A stretch of 53,071 nt of DNA from Candidatus Altiarchaeota archaeon (GTDB lineage Archaea > Altiarchaeota > Altiarchaeia > IMC4 > SCGC-AAA252-I15): assembly GCA_043813075.1 (NCBI GenBank), contig JBDRLL010000011.1, forward strand, positions 1 through 53,071, read 5' to 3'. Of the stretch, positions 9,798-19,955 are shown in pieces. Positions within the stretch are counted from its first letter, which is position 1, and the number at the start of each line of letters is the position of its first letter. Below the pieces are notes generated by a model. The model was not told the origin of the DNA. It was given only the letters and a program-made list of their open reading frames with translations, and searched no databases. A program made the translations under genes and the position numbers.

Positions 9798-10910
9798 ATG
9801 GACGTCGGCTTGTTCCATGATAACCTTATTTATCGTGGCGGCGCTGAGCGCATAATACTTTCTTTGAGTTCCATGTTTGACGCTGAATTGAATACTTCCG
9901 GATTCATGCAGTCATTGTTCTCTGACTGGGATACTAGCAGGGTCTTGGACATAGGCAACACGACTTCGCGTGTGAGCGGGATTTTTGGTTGTGGGCGGAT
10001 GGGGTTTCATTCGGTGTTTAGGGTTGGTTATCTGGAGACGGCTCTTCGTTTTCATCTTCTGAGGGGCAGGCGGTCCTATGGCGTCAACATATTCAGTGGC
10101 TTTTACTCCATATTCTCTGCACTGGAGGATGGTTTCAACATGTGGTATTGTAATACCCCTAACCGGACTCTATACGACCTGCGTGACTCAGTTTATGCCG
10201 GCTTGAATCCGTTAGCCAGGCCTTTGTGGGATGCGTACTCTAAGGTATTCTATTCCCGTGACCAGCGTGTCGTGAGGGAGTGTATGGATGTTGTGATAGC
10301 GAATTCCAGGAACGTTAGTGAGCGTGTCCGTAGGTATTATGGGTTGGAGTCTGAAGTAGTATACCCGCCGGTGTCTGCTGGAAAGTATGTCTTTCGCGGT
10401 TTCGGAGATTTCTTTCTTACCGTTAACCGGCTTATACCCGCGAAGCGTGTGGACTTGATGGTAAGAGCGTTCATTGAAATGCCGGATAAAAAGCTTGTGG
10501 TGGCTGGTGATGGCCCCCAGATGAGTTACTTGAGGGGTCTTGCCAGGGATTCGCCGAACATATCTTTCCTAGGTAACGTGGATGACGGCCGGCTTTTAAG
10601 GCTCTACGGGGATTGTCTTGCGACGATATACCTTCCCGTGCAGGAGGACTTCGGGTTCATTCCCATAGAGGGTAATGCTGCTGGAAAGCCTTGCATATCC
10701 GTTGATGAGGGGGGGTGCAGGGAGACTGTGCTGCCAGGGAAGACTGGATTCTTCATCGAGCCCACGGTCGGGGCTCTGGTGGAGCAGGTCCGGTCTATGG
10801 ACGAGAGGACTGTCTCGCCGTTGAGGGATGATTGTGTCTCATGGGCCCGGGGGTTTGATGACTCGGTGTTCAAGCAGAAGATCAGCGACTTGATAGAAAA
10901 GTACCGTTAG
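9798..10910 (+). CDS. GT4-family glycosyltransferase (WbaZ-like mannosyltransferase type)
   Basis: Start revised to ATG 9798 (MDVGLFHDNL). Motifs GGAER, IANSRNV, VYPPV, NRLIPAKR and EDFGFIPIE (E-x7-E). Confidence 0.9.
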   Translation: MDVGLFHDNLIYRGGAERIILSLSSMFDAELNTSGFMQSLFSDWDTSRVLDIGNTTSRVSGIFGCGRMGFHSVFRVGYLETALRFHLLRGRRSYGVNIFSGFYSIFSALEDGFNMWYCNTPNRTLYDLRDSVYAGLNPLARPLWDAYSKVFYSRDQRVVRECMDVVIANSRNVSERVRRYYGLESEVVYPPVSAGKYVFRGFGDFFLTVNRLIPAKRVDLMVRAFIEMPDKKLVVAGDGPQMSYLRGLARDSPNISFLGNVDDGRLLRLYGDCLATIYLPVQEDFGFIPIEGNAAGKPCISVDEGGCRETVLPGKTGFFIEPTVGALVEQVRSMDERTVSPLRDDCVSWARGFDDSVFKQKISDLIEKYR

Positions 10911-11463
10911 CCTTCTTTCTCTTCAGCTCCTCCAGCGCTTCATACACGCCTTTCGGAGCCCAAAGCGGTCCGTTAATCTCCTCGCTAGTGTGGCCTATCC
11001 TCTTTTCGAAGGGCGTGAAGAAGACCATCCTGTCCGTCATTGTCTTTGTCTTGCCTTCCAGGTCTATTTTTTCTAATGGTATGAATGCCTTCCCGCCAGG
11101 CCTTATGTTCACTCCAAGTCCTGAAGGGAAGACTATCCAGTCTATGAACGGCGATGAGGCATTGAACAGCCCTATCCTGCCGTACGAGTATTTTCTTGCG
11201 TACACTGGTTTTTCGTCAGGGAATCCTGTCCGCTCCAGCCTGCCGAACATGCTGTACTGCCATGGGAAGATGAATATGGAGAACAGCATGAATGCCGCAG
11301 GTATCATGCATGCCGCCATCAGGGTCATGTAGTATCCACGCCATTCTTTCGGCGGGAATCCTATGCTGCCTCCTCCCATCACCAGGATTGTGAGCAGTAT
11401 CACGTATACGATGTACGCCCTGTAGACCAAGTACCTGTTGTGGTCCTTCTCCCTAGCCATCAT
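10882..11463 (-). CDS. Hypothetical membrane protein (2 N-terminal TM helices)
   Basis: Directly downstream of alaS on the same strand; overlaps the GT4 gene's 3' end by 29 nt. Confidence 0.65.
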   Translation of the reverse strand: MMAREKDHNRYLVYRAYIVYVILLTILVMGGGSIGFPPKEWRGYYMTLMAACMIPAAFMLFSIFIFPWQYSMFGRLERTGFPDEKPVYARKYSYGRIGLFNASSPFIDWIVFPSGLGVNIRPGGKAFIPLEKIDLEGKTKTMTDRMVFFTPFEKRIGHTSEEINGPLWAPKGVYEALEELKRKKANGTFLSSR

Positions 11464-11466
11464 TGA

Positions 11467-14331
11467 TCATGGTTTGAATTCCTTAAGGATCTTCTCAAGG
11501 CCCTTAGTATTCCCCCCTCCAATCGCGAGAGTCGGGCTGCCGCCTCCCCCCCCGCCGAGCAGGGCGCACAATCTTTTGCATACGTCTCCAGCATTGTACT
11601 TCGACTTTGATGCGACGACTACATTCACCTTATCGCCTGACTTGTTGACTATTATCAACAGCCTGCCCTCTTCCCTTCCGACTATGCTTTTCGCGGCCTC
11701 GCTTAACGCCTTAACAGACATGCCTTCCACAACGTGCTTCACGGTCTTGCCTCCAGCGAACTTCCCTTCAACCCCCTCTTCCATGCCGCCTGCCTTGTCT
11801 TCCAGGATTTTCTCCAGCATCTTTTTCTGTTTCTTCCATACGTCGAACAGTTGTGTCACAGCATCCGACATGTTCTCGGATGTCCTGAACTCCGGGAGAT
11901 TTTCGCCCATGTCAATCAGCTTATCCCTGTCTGCAGTGACTTCTGAAATGAATCTTTCAATGCTCTGGAGCAGCTGGTCCTGGGGGACGTTCAGCGCTTT
12001 GGCTGATGAGACAAGCTGCTCCTTGCCGTATCCTGTGTCAGTCACCTCTATGACCGATAGTCTGCCGAGAATCTCTGAGAACAGCTCCTCCTCTTCCGAG
12101 GATTGTCTCTCGCTTGCAGCCCCTGCCTTGAACTCGAGCCTGACGACGCCGTCCTGAATCCTTTTGGCTGAAACCATCTTGATTTTACCGACTTCACTGG
12201 TGTTGTGGAGGTGCGTTCCCCCGCATGCTTCAGCGTCAACATCCCTTATGTTGATGACCCTTAACTCGGTGCCTGGCACAGCCCCGCCTTGATACAGCCT
12301 GAATCCGAACCTCTCCTCCGCCTCATTTCGCTTCAGGACGAGGTGTTCAACCTCGATTCCAGCGTCAACTATCCTCCCCGCCTCGTCCTCGATCGCCTTA
12401 AGCTCCCCACCCCCAACACCCTTGTAGTGGGTCACGTCCAGTCTCGACATCTCAACGCTCTTGTGGGCTCCCGCCTGCCATATGTGGGGGCCCAACACTT
12501 TTCTGGCTGCCGCGTTCACTATGTGTGTCGCGGTATGGTGTTGCATTAGTTGTCTTCTTCTTTCGACGTCCACATTGCAGTGCACTTCACTACCTTCCCT
12601 TATCCTTGACGTGTCATCGACCTTGTGTAGGACGACGTTTCCTGATTTCTGCACGTCGAAGACCCTGGCATTCCCTATATGTCCGTGGTCTGCTTCCTGG
12701 CCGCCGCCTTCAGGGTAGAAGTGGGTTTTATCTAGGATAACGTATCCATCGAGTATCTTCAGTATCTTGGCCTTGAATTCGACTTCCTCAACGTCTTCAT
12801 AGTATAGTGGTATCGTCTCCGGTATTTTGTCTGTTTCTGGGAGTCTTTGTTTTTCCTCTTGCGCCTTGTTTTTCTCGTGTCTCTCCTCCACTAGGGCGTA
12901 GAAGTTGTCTGGCACTTCCACGCCAGCCATCTCACTCACTACGTCTGGGGTTATGCCCTGGCTGTCGTATAGCTCAACCATCCTCTCGGCGTTTATCCCC
13001 TCACCGGACTCAATTATCCGCTCTATCATGCGTCTGCCTTTTTCCCTAGTCTCCTTGTATCTCCTTCCTTCAACGTCGAGTATGTCATAGAGGCTTCCTT
13101 TCTCCCGTAGTTCAGTGTACCAGCTGCCGAACTCTTTGACGTGTATGTCGAACACTTTCTCAAGGTCTATGTCGTACCCGAACTCGTCTATTAGCGCCCA
13201 ACACCTCCTAAGGATGGTCCGCAGGTTGTATCCGCCCCCTACGTTGCTTGGTAGCGCGCCGTCATGGATGGCGACGAGCAGGCTTCTAGTGTGGTCTGCG
13301 ATGGCGTAAAGCGCCCTCATCTCGTAGACCCTCCTCTTGAGGTCCGGCAGTTCCATGCTCATCCTACCTGCTATCTCACCCCACACGGAGTTGATGTCGT
13401 CCACCTCGTCTATGTCCAGCATTCCAGAGTAGCCGCCAAAGGTTTTCGCGAACTTGTCGTCGACATTGAATCCCGACGCCCTCCTAAGGTATTTCATGAC
13501 TTCAGGGAAGACGGTGTCGTAGCTCATTGGTGCTCCCTGGCTGAACCAGCTCCAGCGTTCCAGGCCCGCGCCCATGTCTATCACCTTTGTCTTCAACTCC
13601 CTGCCGCCGCCGTCCGGCAGTACCTCGTACTGCATGTAAACTTGGTTGCCTAGCTCAAGGCCTCTGCTGAAGAATTCCATGCTTGGCCCGTAGTTCCCCC
13701 CTCCAGCCCAAACGTCCTCGTGGTAGAATATCTCCCTTGGGTGTATGCCCAGGCCTTTGGTGAGGAACTCGTGCATCTGGAGTATTCCCTCGTCCTTGAA
13801 GTACACGTGCCTGTCTTTTGTGTTGAAGGTGTGTTGTCCCACCATTATGAATCCGGTGTAGTGTCTCCCGGTGACGCCGACTGAGTCCATGTCCTGGAAG
13901 CGGAGGCAGAACTGGGGTTCAAGTACTGCGGGTGCTGGAGGCTCCACTTCGCCGGCGACCACGTAGGGCTGGAAGTCGTTGACTCCAGCGTTCACGAAGT
14001 AGAGGTCTTCATACCACCTGCATACTACCGGATATCTCTTGAGGGGTACGTAGTCCCATTGTCTGAACGTCTTCACGTACTCATCCCACGCCTCCTTGTA
14101 TTTGAAGGGCTTCCTCGTGAGTTTCTCCCCGATGAAGCGGTATCCTCCAGAGCATGTGGGTTCGTCGCAGTATTCCCTCTCCTCGAGGCTCCAGAATCCT
14201 CTCCCGCATTTGCTGCAGACGCTCCTCTTGAATCCGATGCTTTCAAGCGACCCTACCGGATAGTATTTGCCGTAGTTCTTAGCGAATTCAGGCTTCTTCT
14301 CCTGCTTCAGTCTGCGGAAATCGAATGCCAT
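11467..14331 (-). CDS. alaS: Alanine--tRNA ligase, archaeal type
   Basis: N-terminal CxxC..FW..C motif, YPVV.RW, IDMGAGLER, IADHTR, editing domain HHTATH/ACGGTH, C-terminal DHHA1 with GGGGG. Confidence 0.97.
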   Translation of the reverse strand: MAFDFRRLKQEKKPEFAKNYGKYYPVGSLESIGFKRSVCSKCGRGFWSLEEREYCDEPTCSGGYRFIGEKLTRKPFKYKEAWDEYVKTFRQWDYVPLKRYPVVCRWYEDLYFVNAGVNDFQPYVVAGEVEPPAPAVLEPQFCLRFQDMDSVGVTGRHYTGFIMVGQHTFNTKDRHVYFKDEGILQMHEFLTKGLGIHPREIFYHEDVWAGGGNYGPSMEFFSRGLELGNQVYMQYEVLPDGGGRELKTKVIDMGAGLERWSWFSQGAPMSYDTVFPEVMKYLRRASGFNVDDKFAKTFGGYSGMLDIDEVDDINSVWGEIAGRMSMELPDLKRRVYEMRALYAIADHTRSLLVAIHDGALPSNVGGGYNLRTILRRCWALIDEFGYDIDLEKVFDIHVKEFGSWYTELREKGSLYDILDVEGRRYKETREKGRRMIERIIESGEGINAERMVELYDSQGITPDVVSEMAGVEVPDNFYALVEERHEKNKAQEEKQRLPETDKIPETIPLYYEDVEEVEFKAKILKILDGYVILDKTHFYPEGGGQEADHGHIGNARVFDVQKSGNVVLHKVDDTSRIREGSEVHCNVDVERRRQLMQHHTATHIVNAAARKVLGPHIWQAGAHKSVEMSRLDVTHYKGVGGGELKAIEDEAGRIVDAGIEVEHLVLKRNEAEERFGFRLYQGGAVPGTELRVINIRDVDAEACGGTHLHNTSEVGKIKMVSAKRIQDGVVRLEFKAGAASERQSSEEEELFSEILGRLSVIEVTDTGYGKEQLVSSAKALNVPQDQLLQSIERFISEVTADRDKLIDMGENLPEFRTSENMSDAVTQLFDVWKKQKKMLEKILEDKAGGMEEGVEGKFAGGKTVKHVVEGMSVKALSEAAKSIVGREEGRLLIIVNKSGDKVNVVVASKSKYNAGDVCKRLCALLGGGGGGSPTLAIGGGNTKGLEKILKEFKP

Positions 14332-14403
14332 GGTCTCTTACTAATAGCCTATTGGCTTTAAAATCGGTTATATTATTTATTCAATGGGCATGAAATACTA
14401 TTT

Positions 14404-15771
14404 GTGAAAGCTGAGGGCCGCTCGTTCCTGGGTTATCCGCTAATCCTCTTTTCCATGGGGATTCTGGCTTACCTCCTGTTGGGTTTCAACCTGGAGGAGG
14501 GTGTCACGACAGGCGTTTCACCCATGTGCCCTGGATGCAATATACTGTTAGTCTCCATAGACACCCTCCGGGCAGATCACATGGGCTGCTATGGCTACGG
14601 ATTGAACACGACCCCTAACATAGACTCTCTTTCCAGTAACTCGCTGTTGTTCACCCGATATTACACTGCATTGCCTTCGACAATGCCCTCCCATGCCACG
14701 ATGTTCACGTCAAAGATGCCATACGAGCACAAGCTTCAGGAAAACGGTCAGGCCATATCATTGAACGAGACTACTCTGGCGGAAGTGCTTAATGGGGGTG
14801 GTTACAATACGGCGGCAATCACGAGCGCAGGCCATCTTAACACTGGCTCTGGTCTTGGCCAGGGGTTTGACTACTTTGATTCTCCTGGAGAATCGAATAC
14901 GCGCCTCAGAAGGCAGATTGTGGGTTATACTAGGGGGGCGTCTGAGACCACTGACCTGGCTTTGGAGTGGTTGGAGTCTAATCCTGGAGGCAAGTTCTTC
15001 ATGTTCCTGCACTACTGGGATCCGCATTCACCCTACACTCCCCCCAAGAAGTACGACGTCTTCAGGGGTGCTTCTAATGGCACTAAACTCGCTAGGAGGC
15101 GCGGTGGGTATGACGGTGAAGTCTTTTATGTTGACTCCGAGTTCGGCAGGATAATCGATTATCTTGAAAAAAACGAGATGCTCGATAATACCCTTGTTGT
15201 CGTCACATCAGACCACGGCGAGTCCCTTGGGGATCATGGAGGATATTTCGGGCACGGCCCCCTGCTGTACGAGCATCAGATACGCATACCCCTAATAATA
15301 TACTGCCAGGGTGTCTTCAGGGAATACGACAAGCTCTCATTGAACACCCAGCTTATGCCCACTATCCTCGAAATGGTTGGCGTGGGGGATTCCGCATCGT
15401 CCTCCCCCTCCCTGTTTGAAGACGGCCTTCAGGCGTTGTTTTTTGAGAGCGACGTCTGCAGCCATCCTCGTGTCAGCGGGTGTTATCCCCCCAAGACTGT
15501 TCAAGGCAAGTTGATTGGCGTGAGGAAGGGTGACTTCAAGCTAATACAGACTCCGACTTCCACCGGATTTAGGAGTGAGTTATACGACTTGGATTCTGAC
15601 GCAGGTGAGGTTAACGATGTTTCAGGAAGTCTTATGCTATACTACCGCAGGTGGGTGATGGACGGCATGGTGTCGGGAATCTCCAGTCAAGTCAGGGACC
15701 CGTCCAACAACAAGCGCTCTAATGACGAGAAGCTTATCAAGAAGCTTAAAGCTCTCGGCTATTCCCTCTGA
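14404..15771 (+). CDS. Membrane-anchored sulfatase-like (alkaline phosphatase superfamily) hydrolase/transferase, Thr nucleophile
   Basis: N-terminal TM, SIDTLRADH, STMPSHATMFT, HYWDPH, TSDHGE and C-terminal LKALGY. Confidence 0.85.
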   Translation: MKAEGRSFLGYPLILFSMGILAYLLLGFNLEEGVTTGVSPMCPGCNILLVSIDTLRADHMGCYGYGLNTTPNIDSLSSNSLLFTRYYTALPSTMPSHATMFTSKMPYEHKLQENGQAISLNETTLAEVLNGGGYNTAAITSAGHLNTGSGLGQGFDYFDSPGESNTRLRRQIVGYTRGASETTDLALEWLESNPGGKFFMFLHYWDPHSPYTPPKKYDVFRGASNGTKLARRRGGYDGEVFYVDSEFGRIIDYLEKNEMLDNTLVVVTSDHGESLGDHGGYFGHGPLLYEHQIRIPLIIYCQGVFREYDKLSLNTQLMPTILEMVGVGDSASSSPSLFEDGLQALFFESDVCSHPRVSGCYPPKTVQGKLIGVRKGDFKLIQTPTSTGFRSELYDLDSDAGEVNDVSGSLMLYYRRWVMDGMVSGISSQVRDPSNNKRSNDEKLIKKLKALGYSL

Positions 15772-15840
15772 AACATAAGCCATGACTGTACTGTTGGCAT
15801 CTGGTATCGATATTTATTTATGCTACTCATAGTACTGTTC

Positions 15841-17331
15841 ATGAGGCGGGCGTTAATACTCCTATCGCTATTCCTGTTCCTACTCCTAATCTCCTTTAGC
15901 ATAGAGTATGTGCTCAACCCGTCTGACGTAGCTGACATTGAATACCCTCTAAACCCCCCAGTAAGTGCCGACTACGTTGATTCTGCCAAAAGAATGTATC
16001 AGTGCTCTGACTGCAACGTGATAATAATCTCCATCGACGCGTTGCGCGCAGACCATCTTAGCACATACGGGTACTCCCGGAAGACAAGCTCTTTCATAGA
16101 TTCCATCGCCCGTAAGGGCGTGGTTTTCGAGAACGCCATAACACCCAGACCTAAGACGGTGGTAAGCCTCACGTCGATGCTTACAGGCCTATACCCCTAT
16201 CATTCTGGGGTGAGGGGTTATGGTGAAAAGCCGGTCTACCTGCCGTCTTTGCTGAAGGAAAACGGGTTCACTACCGCCGCTTTCGTGAGCAACTGGGCTC
16301 TGCGTCCTGACGAGTCCGGTTTTGACAGGTACTTCGACGTCTATGACTATGACTTCACAAGGAGCTATTATCCCCGGCCGTGGGTTTACGAGAGGGATGC
16401 TGGCGAGACCAATGAGAATGTCTTCCGATGGCTTGATGAGAACCATGATAAACGGTTTTTCCTTTGGATACACTACATGGAGCCTCATGGACCCTACGAC
16501 CCTCCGGAGGCTTTCAGGGGTGTATTCACCCATAAGACCCGGCGGATGATACCCCGGGACCTCATACCCGCGTATCAGGACGTCAACAAGTCTTTTGTCG
16601 CCGGCAACATGACCGATTACAGGGACTATCTCGACCAGTACGACAACGAGATATACTATGCTGATGTGGAGGTCAGGAATCTCTTCGATAAACTGGATAC
16701 TCTTGGGATTACCGCTAATTCGCTGGTGATACTAACATCAGATCATGGTGAGAGCCTGGGGCAGCATAAATACTATTTCGAGCACGGTCATGAAGTGTAC
16801 GACGACTCTGCCAGGATACCATTGATACTAAAGTTCCCGGATGACAAGGGGGTTAGGCCGATGCGGGTAGCCCCCATAGTCTCCAACATGGACGTCTACC
16901 CCACCATACTTAGCATACTTGGAATGGACTCTAGTCATGTCCCGCTCATGGATGGTGTTGACCTGCTTCCGTTGTTGGCTTCAAACCAGTCTTCACGCAG
17001 GGAAGTGTTCATCGAGCGGTATAATTTCGGCCATTTCCTGAGGGTTGCGGTTAGGACGGACAGGTACAAGCTCATACGGAATGCTAACTGCAAGGTGTTC
17101 TCCAGTGACGTCTGCAAGCTCCCTGAGTACGAGTGCTATGACCTGAGGAGGGATCCGAGGGAGATTAACCGGAGCGGGTGCAGGAACGATACTTTCGATT
17201 CGCTAAAGAAGATTCTTGATGATTACGTGTGGCGTTCCCAGGAGCCCATGCCTAACCCGCCTTTGGTCGTGGAGAAAGAGTTGAATGAAGTTGACGAGAA
17301 GATACTCCGCTCTCTCGGGTATGTTGACTAG
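15841..17331 (+). CDS. Membrane-anchored sulfatase-like hydrolase/transferase, Thr nucleophile
   Basis: N-terminal TM, SIDALRADH, PKTVVSLTSMLTG, HYMEPH, TSDHGE and LRSLGY. Start is ATG 15841 (or 15820). Confidence 0.85.
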   Translation: MRRALILLSLFLFLLLISFSIEYVLNPSDVADIEYPLNPPVSADYVDSAKRMYQCSDCNVIIISIDALRADHLSTYGYSRKTSSFIDSIARKGVVFENAITPRPKTVVSLTSMLTGLYPYHSGVRGYGEKPVYLPSLLKENGFTTAAFVSNWALRPDESGFDRYFDVYDYDFTRSYYPRPWVYERDAGETNENVFRWLDENHDKRFFLWIHYMEPHGPYDPPEAFRGVFTHKTRRMIPRDLIPAYQDVNKSFVAGNMTDYRDYLDQYDNEIYYADVEVRNLFDKLDTLGITANSLVILTSDHGESLGQHKYYFEHGHEVYDDSARIPLILKFPDDKGVRPMRVAPIVSNMDVYPTILSILGMDSSHVPLMDGVDLLPLLASNQSSRREVFIERYNFGHFLRVAVRTDRYKLIRNANCKVFSSDVCKLPEYECYDLRRDPREINRSGCRNDTFDSLKKILDDYVWRSQEPMPNPPLVVEKELNEVDEKILRSLGYVD

Positions 17332-17332
17332 G

Positions 17333-17875
17333 CTACTTGAGGAACTCGCATAGTCTTTCCACAGCCTTCCTACGGTGGGATGCAAGGCTCTTGTGCTGCG
17401 GGTCTTCGGCGAACGTCTTGTCATGGCCTTCCGGCTTGAATATGGGGTCGTAGCCGAAGCCGTCTCTACCTCGGATATCCTCTGTTATCACCCCCCCAGC
17501 AGAGCCGTCGAAGACGCGTGATTCTCTCCCGTCGGTGTATGCTACTGCTGAAATGAAGGTCGCCTTCCTGTCTTCAATCCCCTTCATTAGTCTTAGGATG
17601 CCGTGGTTCCCTATTTTTTTGAAGACGAAACTGCTGTATGGTCCTGGGAATCCGTTTAGCGATTCTATGAATAGTCCCGAGTCCTCCACTATCACCGGTT
17701 TATTCAACTTTGTGTGGGCGTGTTTGACGCCCTCCTCAGCTATCCTAAGCACCGAGTCATCCCTTATCTCAGGGTATCCTACGTCAGCCTGCCTGAATGT
17801 TATCCCGTATCTGCCGCTAATATCATTCGCTTCATCCACCTTGTGCCTGTTGGATGTTGCGAATAGTATCTCCAT
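17333..17875 (-). CDS. rdgB: Non-canonical purine NTP pyrophosphatase (RdgB/HAM1)
   Basis: FATSNRHK, EDSGL, NGFPGPYS, GFGYDPIF and SHR motifs. Confidence 0.95.
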   Translation of the reverse strand: MEILFATSNRHKVDEANDISGRYGITFRQADVGYPEIRDDSVLRIAEEGVKHAHTKLNKPVIVEDSGLFIESLNGFPGPYSSFVFKKIGNHGILRLMKGIEDRKATFISAVAYTDGRESRVFDGSAGGVITEDIRGRDGFGYDPIFKPEGHDKTFAEDPQHKSLASHRRKAVERLCEFLK

Positions 17876-17885
17876 CTTAAGAAAT

Positions 17886-19127
17886 CTATGGGAGCCTTAA
17901 CTGCCCCTCATTACTCTTGTGCTTCTTGTATAATTCTATTAGCAGTGGCTTCTTCTCTTCGAACATGAGCGCCTGCTCCTCTATCAGGTGTTCCGCCTCC
18001 CTGTTGTTCATGTCCCTCGACTCTATCGTGAAGTAGGCGACCCTCCCCATCCACAGGTGCCGTAACACATCCAAGACCTCCTCCTTCCTCTCGTCTGGCA
18101 CGAAATAGTATGTCATCACTATGTGCGAAAGGACTTCAACCCATAGTTCGCTGTCGAATATGAATTCCTCCACCATGTCGGGTATGGACGCTACCTCCCT
18201 GTAAATGTTTTGCGGCAGTATGCTCTTCAAGAGGTTCATGTACTTCGCTCTGCCGCCCAGGAATATGTTCATCATATTCCTAACGTCCACGTCGAATGGT
18301 TCCGGGTGGCTGAACCTTATGCTCCCCCTCACTCTGGGCAGCGGCTCGCTTCCAGAAACGTCCATCCAGTCTTTTCCGTAGTATTTCACGAGATTCAGTA
18401 TGCTCCCTATGACCTGTCTGAACATGGGCGCCAGGTGTAGTGACGGGTCCTTGACGTCATGTATCTTCACTCCAAGAACCGCCTCGCATATGTTCCTCTT
18501 CTCTCCCAGCGCTGTTATGGTGAGGAATGAGTCTATACCGAACTGGGCTGTCTCCGGCTTGTCCCACAGCTTGTGGTTCATCGCTGTACGGTAGAACTCA
18601 GCGGACATGCCGAATTCCCCGCCTATCGGCTGCCTCACTCGTTTACCGAATAGCGTCCTAACTATCGGGTATCCTATGAAGTTGGTTATCGTGCCGTCGT
18701 ACTTGTATCGCAGATAGTATGGCGAGACGAAGTCGTAGTTCCCTGAGAGTGTTGGCTCAACCAGCAGTTTGACCCACTCCTTGTTTATGCTCCTCAGGTC
18801 CGAGTCTATCAGCGCCACGCTCTTGGCGTCGAGTTCGTCGGCGATACTCAGTGCAGTCTTTATTCCCGCCCCTTTCCCGCATACTCCTTTGCATGGCTTG
18901 TCTGTGGCGGTAATCGTCCTCACCGGTATCTTTATGGCCTTCGTAACTTCTTGCGTGCCGTCAGTGGAGTTTCCGTCAACGTTTATTATCACAGACTTCT
19001 TGTCTGGGAAGTATTCGCTCAGTCCAGTAGCCACCTGGTGGAGGACATACCCGATTGTCGGGGCGTTGTTCCTGCTTGATATCACCACTGCAATATCGAC
19101 TTTATCATGCATCTTACCTGAACTCAT
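17886..19127 (-). CDS. Glucosylglycerate synthase-like single-step glycosyltransferase (Ggs/Mgs-type GT-A)
   Basis: NNAPTIGYV, DGNSTDGT, GKG, DSDLRSI, YKYDGTITN, RQPIGGEFG, FGIDSFLT and K.HD.KDP motifs; sits in a gpgS/gpgP context. Confidence 0.78.
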   Translation of the reverse strand: MSSGKMHDKVDIAVVISSRNNAPTIGYVLHQVATGLSEYFPDKKSVIINVDGNSTDGTQEVTKAIKIPVRTITATDKPCKGVCGKGAGIKTALSIADELDAKSVALIDSDLRSINKEWVKLLVEPTLSGNYDFVSPYYLRYKYDGTITNFIGYPIVRTLFGKRVRQPIGGEFGMSAEFYRTAMNHKLWDKPETAQFGIDSFLTITALGEKRNICEAVLGVKIHDVKDPSLHLAPMFRQVIGSILNLVKYYGKDWMDVSGSEPLPRVRGSIRFSHPEPFDVDVRNMMNIFLGGRAKYMNLLKSILPQNIYREVASIPDMVEEFIFDSELWVEVLSHIVMTYYFVPDERKEEVLDVLRHLWMGRVAYFTIESRDMNNREAEHLIEEQALMFEEKKPLLIELYKKHKSNEGQLRLP

Positions 19128-19169
19128 CGTGTATACTTTTTTAATTCCTCGTTAATAACTTTCCCAACA

Positions 19170-19949
19170 CTATCTGAAAAGCCGTCTGACGGCATTGCTC
19201 CATCCTAATGGACCAACGCCCTCTGCCTTAATCATGTTGTCAAGCATCACATCCTCGTATGACCCGTCCGGCTTCTGGACTATTATGGGGGTGTCCACTG
19301 CACTCAGCATTTCCCTGTCGTTCATGGAGTCTCCAATGCCTATGGTCTTAACCCCTGGATTCACCTTCCTGTACAGCCCGTTCAGTCTTCTGACGGCATT
19401 GCCCTTGTCGCTCCCGCAGATGCAGTAGTATCTCCCGCCGCGCAGCACGTTCAGGCCGTTATCCCTGAAGACGTTAGCATCCTCGTCGCCGAGTTCCAGC
19501 GCGACTTCACTATACTCCCTTTCTTTCGCCATCAAAGCCTCATGTACTGGCAGCCCGGAGTCTTCAGCAACATCCTCTACTGTCATGTCGCTGAATGACG
19601 TGAACTTCATGCCGTGTTTTTCCCTCATCTCAGCCACCATCCTACTTACGTCTCCAGCATGGTGCCCGAACCCTATGACATAATATCCTCCCGTCCTGTC
19701 GTCGTGAATGAAACTGAAGTTAAAGGTTTCCTCAGGAACGTATATGGCCGACCCGTTCTCTGATATGAATGGGTCATCCAAACCCATCCTTTTCCTGTAT
19801 GCCTCCATCTCGCGTCTGGTCTTGCTAGAGCATAATACGAGTGGGATGCCCCTTTTCCTCAGGATCATCAGACCTGGCATCGCGTCTTCAAACGAGTATT
19901 CATCGTCCAGTATGGTGCCGTCCATGTCGGAGTAGACTACGTAGTCCAT
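19170..19949 (-). CDS. Glucosyl/mannosyl-3-phosphoglycerate phosphatase (HAD IIB, MpgP/YedP type)
   Basis: SDMDGT, CSSKTR.E, FISENG, REYSE, GGRY, DKG and GDSMND motifs. Confidence 0.9.
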   Translation of the reverse strand: MDYVVYSDMDGTILDDEYSFEDAMPGLMILRKRGIPLVLCSSKTRREMEAYRKRMGLDDPFISENGSAIYVPEETFNFSFIHDDRTGGYYVIGFGHHAGDVSRMVAEMREKHGMKFTSFSDMTVEDVAEDSGLPVHEALMAKEREYSEVALELGDEDANVFRDNGLNVLRGGRYYCICGSDKGNAVRRLNGLYRKVNPGVKTIGIGDSMNDREMLSAVDTPIIVQKPDGSYEDVMLDNMIKAEGVGPLGWSNAVRRLFR

Positions 19950-19955
19950 TTCTCA

